Origin: Macrostomum hystrix
Taxonomy: Eukaryota; Animalia; Platyhelminthes
Direction of reading: 5' to 3'
DNA length: 64,000 bases
Assembly: GCA_950097015.1 (NCBI GenBank)
Contig: CATNEN010000008.1
Span: forward strand, 2,232,001 to 2,296,000
Of the stretch, positions 1 through 11,705 are shown piece after piece (the stretch's first letter is position 1; the number at the start of each line of letters is the position of its first letter). The notes below the pieces were generated by a model that saw only the letters and a program-made list of their open reading frames with translations, was not told where the DNA came from and searched no databases. The position numbers and the translations under genes were made by a program.

Positions 1-139
1 AGAGGGATCAGTGGGATCAGGATTTATAGGAAATTATGATAGGGATCTGTAAAAATCCTAGATGTCTGTAGGGATATCTAGGATAACAAATCATAGTATT
101 TAATATGCAGAAACCGCATGCCAAACACACTAAACTCAC

Positions 140-1460
140 CTTGACTTCAGCCAGCTTGCTCTTCTTGCTCTGAATGATGGCAGCTGCGTCAGGATCGCCA
201 GCAGCGCGCAGAGCGGCCAGGTGCTTCATGCCGTTCAGATGCGTCTGCGATTGATTTGCAAAAATATGGCTCAAATTTAATTTGAAACTCCGCGGCGAGG
301 CCACATTCATTTGGCATGCAATTTACGCCCATGCAATTAAGGGCCAACCTCCAAGGCAGAATAAGAGTGTGCACTGCCTGACGATGAGAAAGTCAGGGCA
401 GTCAGCGGAATGGGCAGAATTGCCTCCTCGCTGGCTGCGGGTCCAGTGTCACCAAATGATTGTCCGCAGCCCTCATGCAATTATTATTATTAACTATAAA
501 CTCTAACTCTAATTGCACACACGAATGCCTCGCCATCAAATCAATAATTGCAATAGTGTACTAGCAGAGAGGTTGTAGCCTAGTGGTTAGAGCGTCGGAC
601 TCACGACTTGAAGGTCTGGGGTTCGTTTCCCGACTCCACTGGAACAATTTGTGTCCTTTAGCAAGACACTTAACTCTGCATTGCTTCAGTTCACCCAGCT
701 GTTAAATGGGTACCAGCATCAGCTGGGATAATTGAAGGTGGGTGTGGCGTCCCCCCAGTCCATGGACTGAACAGCTGTACGCAGCCTTCAGATGCCCCGC
801 GCAATAGCTGCAGCTGTGCTGTCGGCTCCACATCTGACCCAATTGGGGCAGGTGTAATCAAATATTATTATTAATTATTAATTAGTGTACTATAAGCCCA
901 CATGTGACTTTGCAATGAAAGTTTGGCTCCTGAAAGGTTATAAACCCACAGGCAGTTCAATCTAGTCCACCAACCTGCATCAGCTCCGGGTGAAGAATCA
1001 GGTCGCACAGCTGGCAATAGACTTCAGGATCTTTGGCTTCCTTCTTTCGTAGAAACTCCACCTCTTTGATCTTCTTGGTGTGCTTGGCTCCGTTGAGGTG
1101 CTTCTGGTACATGGCCTCGTTGGGACATTTTGTTTCACATAGTTCGCAAGTGTAAGGTTGGGTCACGCCTTCCATAGACGAGGACTGTTGCTGCAGAAGC
1201 TGCTGCTGCTGTCCCACCTTCTTAGCGTGCTTGGCTCCATTGATGTGACTCTGAAAACTAGCTTCGCAGTTGCATTTGGCATTGCACAGTTCGCAATAGA
1301 ACTTGGCGCCATCCACCGCCATTGGATGCTGGTCAGAACCAAAGCTCTCTTGCTGCCTCTTCTGCAGCATTGCCTGGTGCTGCACTGTGCCCAGATGAAT
1401 CTGGAGCATGTTCTCATCAGATAGGTTTACATTGCATAGGCTGCAGAAGAAATTGCTCAT
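140..1460 (-). CDS. Multi zinc-finger protein, JAZ/matrin (zf-met, U1-like) type, ZNF346/ZNF385/ZMAT-like; 3' end lies beyond the left edge of the window
   Basis: Coding exons 1460-975 and 244-140, joined in phase 0 (CAG|GTTGGT donor, TCGCAG|ACG acceptor, AAG|GTGAGT donor). Four C-x2-C-x11/12-H-x5-H fingers: CSLC..HLGTVQH, CELC..HINGAKH, CELC..HLNGAKH, and CQLC..|THLNGMKH, which the intron splits. An acceptor near 1494 implies an upstream exon. Confidence 0.85.
289..492 (+). mobile_element. SINE family A, copy 1 (5'-truncated, internally deleted)
   Basis: Matches the reverse complement of 16903-17253 and 19028-19293 (shared CCGCGGCGAGGCCACATT, CTGACGATGAGAAAGTCAGGGCAG, AATTGCCTCCTCGCTGGCTGCGGG). 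Ends in an (ATT)n tail. Confidence 0.8.
564..882 (+). mobile_element. tRNA-derived SINE with a CORE-like central domain (family B)
   Basis: A box TAGCCTAGTGG (~576-586) and B box GGTTCGTTTCC (~620-630). TGTGTCCTTTAGCAAGACACTTAAC...CAGCTGTTAAATGGGTACC (650-713) resembles the CORE of MIR-type SINEs. (ATT)n tail. 10-bp target-site duplication TAGTGTACTA at 554-563 and 883-892. Confidence 0.85.
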
Positions 1461-2434
1461 GATTGAATGCTGACTAGTTTGCAGGCTGGATATCTGCAAT
1501 GTTTATAAGCTTTGCAGGTTTAGAAAATTTATCACTAAGAACCTTCCAAAAAAGAAGCTTGTCATCAGACAAGTTTATTTATCAACTTGAGTTGATTTAG
1601 TAGTATGGCTAGTTATCCAACTATTACCTTAAAAAATTACATATTTTAGATTGCTCTAGCCCGTGGCTATGTTTTTAATGAACAGATTTAAGCTAGCTAT
1701 TATTGGTTGAGTTTTATAATTTTTCTTGACAGAATCACAAAAAATTCATCTAATTGGAAATTGCCAACACTTTTACATCCAGCTACTCTTGAAGCTCCAA
1801 TCTTATTGGAGCAACAATACGAGCTCTTTTTGTTGTTTGTCTCCCACTTGGTGTCTTACCTGAGACAAAAATTTACATTGAAAGTACAGGCCCATCATGG
1901 GCTATATTGATGTTTGAAGGTGGGTGAAAAATTGAAGTTACTAATCGGGTACACACGAGCACCCTCTCCCTGCGGGCGAAATTGAAGTTACTAATGCCAG
2001 CCAGAGAGCCACCAGGCAAAATAGAAGTTACTTAGTTTGAAATAGAAGTCGAAAACCAATATTCTTGTATCCCAACATCACTTTTTAAGAACAATCATTA
2101 ATAGATTGTTGTCAAGATTTAACACCAGAAAAATTGGAACAAGTGGCATAGTGAAGCTTTGTCTACCAGCATTATTTGCAAGCAAGGCCAAATTTGATGT
2201 TTGGCCACTTTGGGATGCCTAAATGGAAGGCAAGTATTAAAAAAGAACAATAGCTTCTTGAATGCAAATTGTAAATTAAAATAACAAAAACTTTATTGGC
2301 AAAAAACTTAACTAATGGGTAAGGACAAAGCCAGCCAAGGCTTTGGTCTTACTGTCTTCAGTGCTGGGACACATTACTTGTTACTAGTAACCTATCTTCA
2401 ACATAGGACAGTCACGGTAAAAAGATAGATGATA

Positions 2435-3742
2435 CGAGGGGTGTACTGAAAGTTTTGAGATGCACCAAAACCAAAAGTGTCTGAATCAAATTTTCTGTCA
2501 CAATTTTTCAAAGTAGTTGCCACCAGCTTGTGCACATTTCCTCATTCGGTGAAACCACTGCGTCCAGGCTCCAGCCCACTGTTCTTCAGGCACTGCTGAA
2601 ACCACCCGCTCGAACTCGATTCTTGCTGCTTCAGGGCTCTCAAACCGAGTCCCGCGCAGTTGGTTCTTCACCAAAGGGAAGAGAAAGAAGTCGCAGGGTG
2701 CCAGGTCCAGCGAATATGCAGGATGCGTCACCAGCTGGACTCCATTCTCAGTCAGAAATGCCAATGTTGCAGCAGCCGTGTGCGCACTGGCATTGTCGTG
2801 GTGCAGCAGCAGGCCACGAAGTCCGGTGCGCGGCCGGCGTCTGCGCCACGCATCAAACACCAGCGGCAGGCACTGGTTGATGTACCAGTCGGCATTGACT
2901 GTACGCCTGTCTTGGAGCGCTACAGTCGCCAGGTGGCCAGCCTGGCTGAAGAAAGTCGCCACCATCTGCTTCCCGACGCTGCGGGCCCGCTTGACCTTCG
3001 TTGGAGTGGCACCATCCAGAAGGAGCCAAATTGCCGACTGCTGCTTAGTTTCCGGGTCGTACTGGTAGACCCAGGTCTCATCACCTGTGACAATCTCCCA
3101 GCATCGCTTCGAGGTGCCAGAGTCGAATTTTTCAAGCATGAATTTGCACCAACGCACCCTCTCCGCTTTCTAGTCCTCCGTCAGGTTGTTGGGCACCCAT
3201 CGGGCACATCGCTTGGAGGCTCCCAGCTTGTCGTGTAGGATGGTCGTAACCGCTGCCAATCCAATGCCAAGAGCCTCCCTGATCTCGGCACAGGTCACTC
3301 GCCGGTCTTCGTCGATCATTCTCCGGACGGCAGCGATGTTTTCGTCCGTGACAGCGGAAGCTGGATGTCCCGACCGAGGCTCGTCATCAAGGCTGCTCCA
3401 GCCCCACTTGCATTCACTGTACCACCGAAAAACGGTGGCACGTGAAGGGGCTTGGTCTCCAAAGGCAGCACGTAAACTTTCAATGCATTGCTCTTGCGTG
3501 AGACCTTTACGCTGGTCGTAAACAATCATGGCACGAAAGTCGCGGTTTGTCAACTCCATTGGAGCGAGTACAACTTGGTAGGGGGTATTGACTTTGAAGA
3601 GTGATTGTGAAAAATTGACAAGAGCGCAAAGGCTGAAAATTTATTCTCATTCATTTTTAAGGTGGTAGAGTATGTACATTAAAAGGCATGCAGCTGCAAC
3701 TTATAAGTCAGACGTATCTCAAAACTTTCAGTACGCCCCTCG
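2435..3742 (-). mobile_element. Mariner (Tc1/mariner, D,D34D) DNA transposon, 1308 bp, probably irritans subfamily
   Basis: 27-bp terminal inverted repeats CGAGGGG[T/C]GTACTGAAAGTTTTGAGAT (2435-2461, 3716-3742; 1 mismatch), flanked by TA duplications at 2433-2434 and 3743-3744. The subfamily call rests on the CGAGGGG terminus and is inference. Confidence 0.95.
2498..3559 (-). pseudogene. Mariner transposase with one premature stop
   Basis: ORFs 3559-3170 and 3157-2498 share a frame and are separated by TAG at 3172-3170. HTH region, WVPNNL (WVPHEL-like), TGDETW, HHDNASAH, YSLDLAPCD (YSPDLAP-like). 34 residues lie between the 2nd and 3rd catalytic Asp. Confidence 0.93.
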
Positions 3743-5304
3743 TAGGACAGCTATCTCGTCAGTGTACCATGCGGATAAGCAGGAAATTATTCCCATGGTA
3801 CTGTAGGAATAAGACAAAAAATATTTCTACAGTACCATAGGGATAAGCACTGCCTTGATGTGGGGCATGGAGGAATTTTATTTTAGCCCATAGATATGTT
3901 TTCCAGACCCCATATTGCTTGTTGCTAGTTTAATCTAATTTCTCACTGACTGCAACTGAACAGGATGTATAATTAATTTGCCCCAAAAATTTGCCTGAGT
4001 GGCCTAGGGCCTATCTGGTAAATTTAGTATCTGTGTTTATATCTAATCTAACAAACAACTAACATAATGTGTTAAACTTATGGGCCTTAGGAATCTATAA
4101 AATATTAGCCATTTTCATTACCAAAATCATGATGGTAATTCAATAATCAGTTTAAAATTATAAAAAGCTGTAAACTAAGCCCTAGGGATCTGGGATTACC
4201 AACTACTACTTAATTCATAAGTACAGTCAGTAGACAATACACTATATATTATTTGCATCATAATAACATTATAAGCTTACATTAGCAAGAATACTAATAA
4301 CAAATTCCAAATAAAATTTAAAGTTAGGCCTATCTTTTAGCATACTGGCTTTATCATCTTCCATTTTACGCCTTGACTGCATTGCCCAATTTGGTGCGAT
4401 AATAATAATAAACAGTTTTCAGGGAATCGGAAAGGAAAGCAGCCTTTAGTAAAACACACATTAATGAAATATAAAAAACTCGGGGCATTACTATACAATA
4501 CGTTTTATACCTGGTTTAATAGTTTTGTTTTTTATATATTTAATTTTACATCAGTGACACAGCACTTGATATTTAAATTAATTTGTTTCAAGCCATGAGA
4601 TTATAAAATGTTACAAGGAACTATAAGTTATTTAGGATTTGTTTCGTATCAGATCAGATAAGCGACCTTTAAGTAAAGTTTTTTTAGTTCAATTTTCGAG
4701 TTGTATGTCATTTTTAATCATATTTCTCCGTAGGTCTTATTGACGTACTTTTGGCTCGGTAATGTAATCATATATAGTTAGTGGTATTTAAATATATAAA
4801 TAGAGCCGTGTAGCTGCTAAACCCTCTATAAATTCTTGCTGAAATTTAATTGTTAGGCTCTATGGCGCACATCCAGTTGGAATGGCTTTGAATGTTAAAT
4901 GCTCACATGTTATCCTTTCAAAAGTTCTCTAATTGTGGACTGCTTGCATGAACGTAAGGAACCAAACATGCAAATTTAACCGTACTCTATTCAGCGTTCC
5001 TGAAAAGAACCATTCGTCACTTATTATTTTTAATATATTTTATCACTTTTAGTTTTTTTGCTTTATATAAAATGTTCATAAAGTTTTAGTTAAACTACCA
5101 AAGCGAAAACAACAAAGCTGTGGTAAGACTTATTGAGAGACAGACAGTGTGCATGCTTTAGCATTGAGTAGCAAAGAGTAGCTGAAAGGTAAATCTCAAT
5201 AAAAATAATTTATATATTCGATTCCTGTATTCATTTTCCAGCATCACACACCGTCAATCCCAATCGCAATAAGCAGCATCTAACGTTTGGACAAATCCTG
5301 ACGC

Positions 5305-8300
5305 ATGGAAAAGCTACTGCAGAAAGTAAAGCCAGCCGCCGAATATTTCAAAGCCATTGAAACAGGAAGTTTGAAGCTTATCGACACGTTTATAAACCAA
5401 GAAAAAGACATTGATCGTCTCTTTCAGCTTCCTGAACCTGACACCTCTGCCTCTCTGTTGTACTTTGCTGTATCCCTGGGTCAGGCGGCAATTGTAGAGA
5501 GATTGGTGAGGGCTCAAGCTGATGTAAATCTTAAAGCAAGTGATGGCACGTCTCCGCTCTATTTAGCAGCCAAATGTGGCCATCAGCAAGTTGTGAAAGT
5601 ACTTCTTAGAGCCCAGGCAGACTTGGACATCGGAGCGAAATCGTCTGGAGCAACGCCACTGTATGTTGCCTCTTTGAGGGGCCACGAAGAGGTGGCTAGA
5701 ATGTTGATCAGAGCACAAGCCAGTTTAAATATTCAACAAATGCACGGAGCAACACCGCTCTACATTGCTGTTCAGGAAGGTCATATGAAAATTATCGACA
5801 TGCTTATTAATGCCGGAGCCGATGTCAATGTGCAGATAAACTCAGGCGAGTGCGCGTTACACTACGCCTCTCAGTCGAATCTTCGCCAGATAGTAAAAAA
5901 ACTACTCACAGCTCACGCAGATGCCAATCTCCGACAAGACGAGGGCATTTCGCCGCTGATTAGTGCAAGCTTCCTCGGCCACTTCGGCTTGGTGGACCTG
6001 CTACTCAGTGCCGCAGCTGATCCAACGGTTGAGTCTAGAGCCGGTTACACTGCACTGCATCTTGCAGCACAGAATGGGCACTATCGGATTGTGCAAATGC
6101 TTTTGAAAGCTTTGGCCAATATCGATCACCTGGGCCAGCAAGGCTACTCGCCGCTCTACGCCGCGGCTCAGAATGGCCACGCTCAAATTGTCAAAGCGCT
6201 CATTGCCGCCCAGGCGAATGTTAATCTCCAGTCGAGATACGGCGCAACGCCGCTGTACGTTGCCTCGGGCAAGGGAAACAACGAGGTCGTGAAGCTGCTG
6301 CTGGCAGCGCAGACGGACTCGGATGTAAAAGGACACGTTGGCGACTCGCCGGTTTATATAGCATCCCAGATGAACAATCTGCAAGTAGTTCGCACTCTCG
6401 TCAAATCGCAGGCTAATGTTAACACGCAGGCTATAATAGGATTTACTCCGCTTCATATTGCGGCTCAAGAGGGGCACTATGACATTGTTGATGTCCTAGC
6501 GAAAGCTCAGACTGACGCCAATTTGCAGGACTCGTTTGGGTTTACACCGCTCTTCTATTCTTCTCAGAATGGGCATCAGAAAGTTGTTGCGACACTAATC
6601 AGGCAAGCCAATCCTGATGTTAACTTGAAGGGCAACACTGGAGAAACACCGTTGCATGCAGCATGTCAGCTGGGTCATCACGGCATCGCCCAGTTGCTCA
6701 TCAAAGCTCAAGCTGACCTCAACATCCAGCAGCTGCATGGCTGCACGGCAATCTATCTGGCCGTGCAAAACGGCCACGAGAAAGTTGTAGACGCGTTGAT
6801 CAAGGCGCAGGCTGACGCGGACATTCAGCCAGAAAAGTGCAGTCCGCCATTGTACTCTGCAATATTCAATAACCACCGGAGCATAGCCTTGAAGCTCATT
6901 CGAAAAGCGCGAGTTGATTTTGATCAGCGAAGAATGGATGGAGTCGGCGATTCGTCACTTCATTTGGCCGTGCAAGGCAACCATCGTTGGGCGATGACCG
7001 CTCTGTTGAACGCTCAGGCAAATGTGAACATACAAACTACTGCCACTGGTTGGTCGCCACTGCACGTGGCATCGTACAATGGCCGTGAAGGAGCTGTGCT
7101 GGCAATGATTGAAGCCCAGGCCGATGTCGACTTGTTAACGTGGAACGGCGAAGCTCCGCTAACCACGGCACAGCGAAAGGGCCATGATGTTGTGATCAGA
7201 TCCTTGATCAATGCAGGAGCAATCGCGCCACAGGACAATGCTCTTCGGTGCTCTGCTCAGAACAACACGTTAGATACAGCAGACGATGCAGATAAACGAA
7301 ACTTAAGAAGCAATGCGGAAGAGAGTGTCACACTCGATTCTGGGTAAGTAAGCAATGAGTATAGCCAGCTGTACGAGTAAAAACCACTGAGTTACTTTAA
7401 ACTGTAGTTTTCTATACTGAATAAAAGTAGCTAGTTACTTACTACTTCTTTAGACTCGGGTAGGTAGAAGGTAATCATAAAACCAAAAATAAGATACGAG
7501 CGAAAACTCACCAAGCATTAGCATGTCCTATGATTACAGGCTGCCATCAGTCAGTGACATCGAGCTCAGTCGGCGGTTGTGCTCCACCCTTACACGCTCT
7601 GGATTCATTCGTTCAAGGGCTATTCTACAGAGCGCTGTGTCCGATGTTCTGCAACAGATATTGCGACAGAGAGGTGTGAGGCTGTCGCACAATTACATGT
7701 TCATTGTTGGCAGCTACTCAGAAGGCTGGGGAAACAGCTTGTCCTGCGCTGACGGCAAAACAGACGTGGAATCGGACATAGACCTGATGCAACTGTTTAC
7801 TGGCAGGAAGTATCACCTAGGCGATAGTTGCCAATGCGATGCTGTCACTCTGAGCGAAGTTGTTTCATATGACAATGGCCACATCGTGTGTCCCGGGTTT
7901 GGTAAGTACCAGTTTTTTGCACCTCAAAGGCTCTTAGAAGTAGATTTGGTTTCTTCAAAGTGGTTTCGTAGCATCGAAATCAAGCAGAACCATATTTACT
8001 CACCAGGACTGTGAATAAACAAATAAGCTAATTCAACGATTAAAGACAGGCAAAAAACCGATGTAAATATTATAAAAAGGATAACTCATTACAAAATCAG
8101 CTTTGATTTTCAGCTCTTTCAACTCTTCCACTTTGTCCATTTTTTCCAAGCAACTACACGCTCTTAACATAAATTAGAAAACTGTTTTAATTTTTTAGCA
8201 TCCAATGCCGCGAGGGCCTCTGTCGGGTCAATACTAGCCCAGCGACCGGCCGTAGACGAGGTTAGCGCGTGCGAACTATGCTGCTACCCACCTGTTGCGC

Positions 8301-9839
8301 CACTTCAATCAGCCAGAACCGCCTTGTCCAACATTCCCAAGCGAACCCTGCAGACTCTGCAGGAAGTCATCAAATCGCGGGACTGGCCGTGTCATGTTGT
8401 ACACGCGGCGCCACCTGGACAGGGTGGTGTACAACTGAGGGTGAGCACGACATTCCTCGAGAACCGGCTGCTGCGAAGCTTCAGCACAATACAGGGCCAG
8501 GTGTTTGTTACGCTGAAGTATCTGGTGAAGAAGGTGATCGGCAGAAAAGTCAACGGTGTGAAGGCGTACCACGCAAAGACGCTGATGTTCCGCTTGCTGG
8601 AAGAAACCGCGGCAGACCGATGGCAAGCGGACTGTTTGGTGAGCCTCACGAGGCGGGCCCTACTGATGCTCCTGGAAGGAGTGGAGAGCAGCAGCTCTGC
8701 GCCGGATTGCCGAATTCTGACTCACTTTTTCCTTGGCGATGCAGGCCTCTATCTAAAAGGCAATGATCGCAGCGGTGTTGACACTATTTCTCAAGTACTG
8801 AAGGACACAATAGATCAGCTGCCACGTTTGCTGTTGCAATTCGATAGTAGTCTCAAACCGATCGAGCCAAACTCGGGATTTCGTTTTCACCCGTTCCTTG
8901 TGCTGCCACAACAGTACCCGCATAATGTTCCACCACTGGAGACAAAGCCGTTGGAATACCACCAGATCTACGATGTGGTTTGCGAAGTTATGCTACAGCT
9001 CGGCTCGGATGTTAACAGCAACGCTGAACATTTAGCACAGCTTCTCGGTCAACTACCGGACAGGGCCACAAATTCAGCGCGCGAGGCCCTTCGTGCGATG
9101 GTTGGTCTGAAGTTCGGCTTTGTGGGCACTGCGGAACGTATAATGCGCTACTGCGCAGACCACAAGACCGGCCGAGGCATTCCTTGGCCGCCATCTGACA
9201 TTGCTAGCGTCGAAACTGAGGCAACAACGGACTATGTGTGGAAGCACTTGGTCAGTTGCGACTCTGCGTACAAGTTTTGTCTCAGATTCGATCGGAGGCC
9301 AGTATTTAGTTTCCTTCCAAAGTTTATTTGTGATCTCTTCCCAACCGGACTGAACGAGGTTAGCGTGACAAACTACTTTATGAACTTCGACGCTTTGCTC
9401 AGAAGCCTCCAGTTCGAGCTGCTACCGGAGACTGTTCTCAGCGCCACCGCCATCAGCTGGTTCGCCGGGCTTTCTCAACGACAGAGCGGTGATACCGACC
9501 TACAAGAGGTGCTGACCACCCTGCACTACTGCCCAGATGTCCAACTCATTGACCAATTATTGACTAGGCAAGGAGACACAATCTCAGCAGCCATTGCAGC
9601 CGGTTACAGTGAGGCAAGGGCAGAATTGGAACGTTTTCAACAAAACAGACAGGTAAGAAAAAATTATGGAACTATTGGTGCACTAAATCAAAGCGCATCC
9701 GTTTAGAAATGTTCTGTTTGATCACAAAAAACTAATTTAATTTGTTGTTCACTTTCAGGCGGCCGTCATTGCTGACAGCTTGCTGGCAGATCATTTGATG
9801 TTACAACAGCATAAGTCCGACCACCTTATAAGTAGTTAA
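5305..9839 (+). CDS. Ankyrin-repeat / Mab-21-family cGAS-like receptor (cGLR) fusion, ~1311 aa
   Basis: Exons 5305-7343, 7540-7901, 8199-9652, 9759-9839 (GT-AG; phases 2,1,0 all match; 3936 nt). In-frame stop at 5281 upstream of the ATG. 18 ankyrin repeats, then NTase motifs GSYSEG and ESDID, a third Asp in VDEVSACELCCYP, and Mab-21 motifs HVVHA, LRVSTTFLENRLL, TLKYLVKK, KAYHAKTLMF. Confidence 0.9.
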
Positions 9840-9989
9840 GCTTTTTGAAACCATAGCATATTCATTCAAATTTGTAGCAGAAAGCTTAACTTTTGTAAGA
9901 TAAGTTTGATCTTAGCTCCTATCTTTCCGCAGCGCAATTTTCATGCTCTTGTTCATGAACTGAACAAGTTGATGTTCATGAACTGTTTG

Positions 9990-10980
9990 AGCTGGGATCA
10001 GTGGAAACGTATCAAGATGGGTAGCTGGGATCAGTGGAATCGTATCAAGATGGGTAGCTGGGATCAGTGGAATCGTATCAATATAGGTATCTAGGATCAG
10101 TGGAATCGTATCAATATGGTTAGCTGGGATCAGTGAAATCGTATCAAGATGGGTAGCTGGGATAAAGTGGAATCTTATCAAGATGGGTAGCTGGGATCAG
10201 TGAAATCGTATCAAGATGGGTAGCTGGGATCAGTGGAATCGTATCAAGATGGGTAGCTGGGATCAGTGGAATCGTATCAAGATGGGTAGCTGGGATCAGT
10301 GGAATCGAATCAAGATAGGTAGCTGGGATCAGTGGAATCGTATCAAGATGGGTAGCTGGGATCAGTGGAATCGTATCAAGATGGGTAGCTGGGATCAGTG
10401 GAATCGTATCAAGATGGGTAGCTGGGATCAGTGGAATCGAATCAAGATAGGTAGCTGGGATCAGTGGAATCGTATCAAGATGGGTAGCTGGGATCAGTGG
10501 AATCGTATCAAGATGGGTAGCTGGGATCAGTGGAAACGTATCAAGATGGGTAGCTGGGATCAGTGGAATCGTATCAAGATGGGTAGCTGGGATCAGTGGA
10601 ATCGTATCAAGATGGGTAGCTGGGATCAGTGGAATCTTATCAAGATGGGTAGCTGGGATCAGTGGAATCGAATCAAGATAGGTAGCTGGGATCAGTGGAA
10701 TCGTATCAAGATGGGTAGCTGGGATCAGTGGAATCGTATCAAGATGGGTAGCTGGGATCAGTGGAATCTTATCAAGATGGGTAGCTGGGATCAGTGGAAT
10801 CGAATCAAGATAGGTAGCTGGGATCAGTGGAATCGTATCAAGATGGGTAGCTGGGATCAGTGGAATCGAATCAAGATAGGTAGCTGGGATCAGTGGAATC
10901 GTATCAAGATGGGTAGCTGGGATCAGTGGAATCGTATCAAGATGGGTAGCTGGGATCAGTGGAATCGTATCAAGATGGGT
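9990..10980. repeat. 33-bp minisatellite, ~30 copies (AAGATGGGTAGCTGGGATCAGTGGAATCGTATC)
   Basis: Direct tandem periodicity; explains the MGSWDQWNRIK and DTIPLIPATHL ORFs. Confidence 0.97.
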
Positions 10981-11258
10981 GCAAGTCATTATTTCAACTA
11001 AAAGTGTAAGAAATGTAGGAAATTTTTCTTGTTATATAGCTTTTAGCACCGGTATATTACTTAACTGATTCACACTAACTATTTAAGCCTTAGTGAAGTT
11101 TACTGAGCAGCCGTTTTTTAAAACTTTAAATGAACTTAAAAAAACCGTCAATGTACTTTTCGATAACATTTTGTGAAATCACAAAAATATAATTACGAAA
11201 TATTTTCCAGTTTTGTTTTAAATATTTTATCTTTTAAAAGATTGGTGCGATTCTCCTA

Positions 11259-11705
11259 GAATCGGAGAGGGATGGGGATCTGAGAATCGGAGACGGAAGG
11301 GGATCTGAGAATCGGAGAGGGAAGGGATCCGAGAATCGGAGAGGGAAAGGGATCTGAGAATCGGAGAGGGAAGGGGATCTGAGAATCGGAGAGGGAAAGG
11401 GATCTGAGAATCGGAGAGGGAAGGGGATCTGAGAATCGGAGAGGGAAGGGGATCTGAGAATCGGAGACGGAAGGGGATCTGAGAATCGGAGACGGAAGGG
11501 GATCTGAGAATCGGAGACGGAAGGGGATCTGAGAATCGGAGAGGGAAAGGGATCTGAGAAACGGAGAGGGAAGGGGATCTGAGAATTGGAGAGGGAAGGG
11601 GATCTGAGAATCGGAGACGGAAGGGGATCTGAGAATCGGAGAGGGAAGGGGATCTGAGAATCGGAGAGGGAAAGGGATCTGAGAAACGGAGAGGGAAGGG
11701 GATCT
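11259..11705. repeat. 25-bp minisatellite, ~18 copies (GAGAATCGGAGAGGGAAGGGGATCT)
   Basis: GATCT recurs at 11401, 11426, 11451. Confidence 0.96.

Noticed and set aside
367-402. Hammerhead-like words CTGACGA...GAAA...GTC in SINE family A
   Set aside because: Only 3 nt lie where stem II should be and 1 nt where stem III should be, so the core cannot fold. The segment is better explained as the simple hairpin CTGAC/GTCAG.
564-640. Functional tRNA gene (also 19220-19293)
   Set aside because: A/B boxes are present, but there is no complete cloverleaf or terminator, and each continues into a SINE body.
1929-2050. Repeat-spacer-like pattern (AAATTGAAGTTACTAAT twice plus two variants, with unique spacers)
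   Set aside because: Only 3-4 short degenerate repeats with unequal spacers, eukaryotic context and no cas genes. Not CRISPR; at most a promoter repeat.
5305-7347. Stand-alone 680-aa ankyrin protein
   Set aside because: The stop overlaps a perfect donor (GG|GTAAGT), and the next exon joins in frame to the NTase domain.
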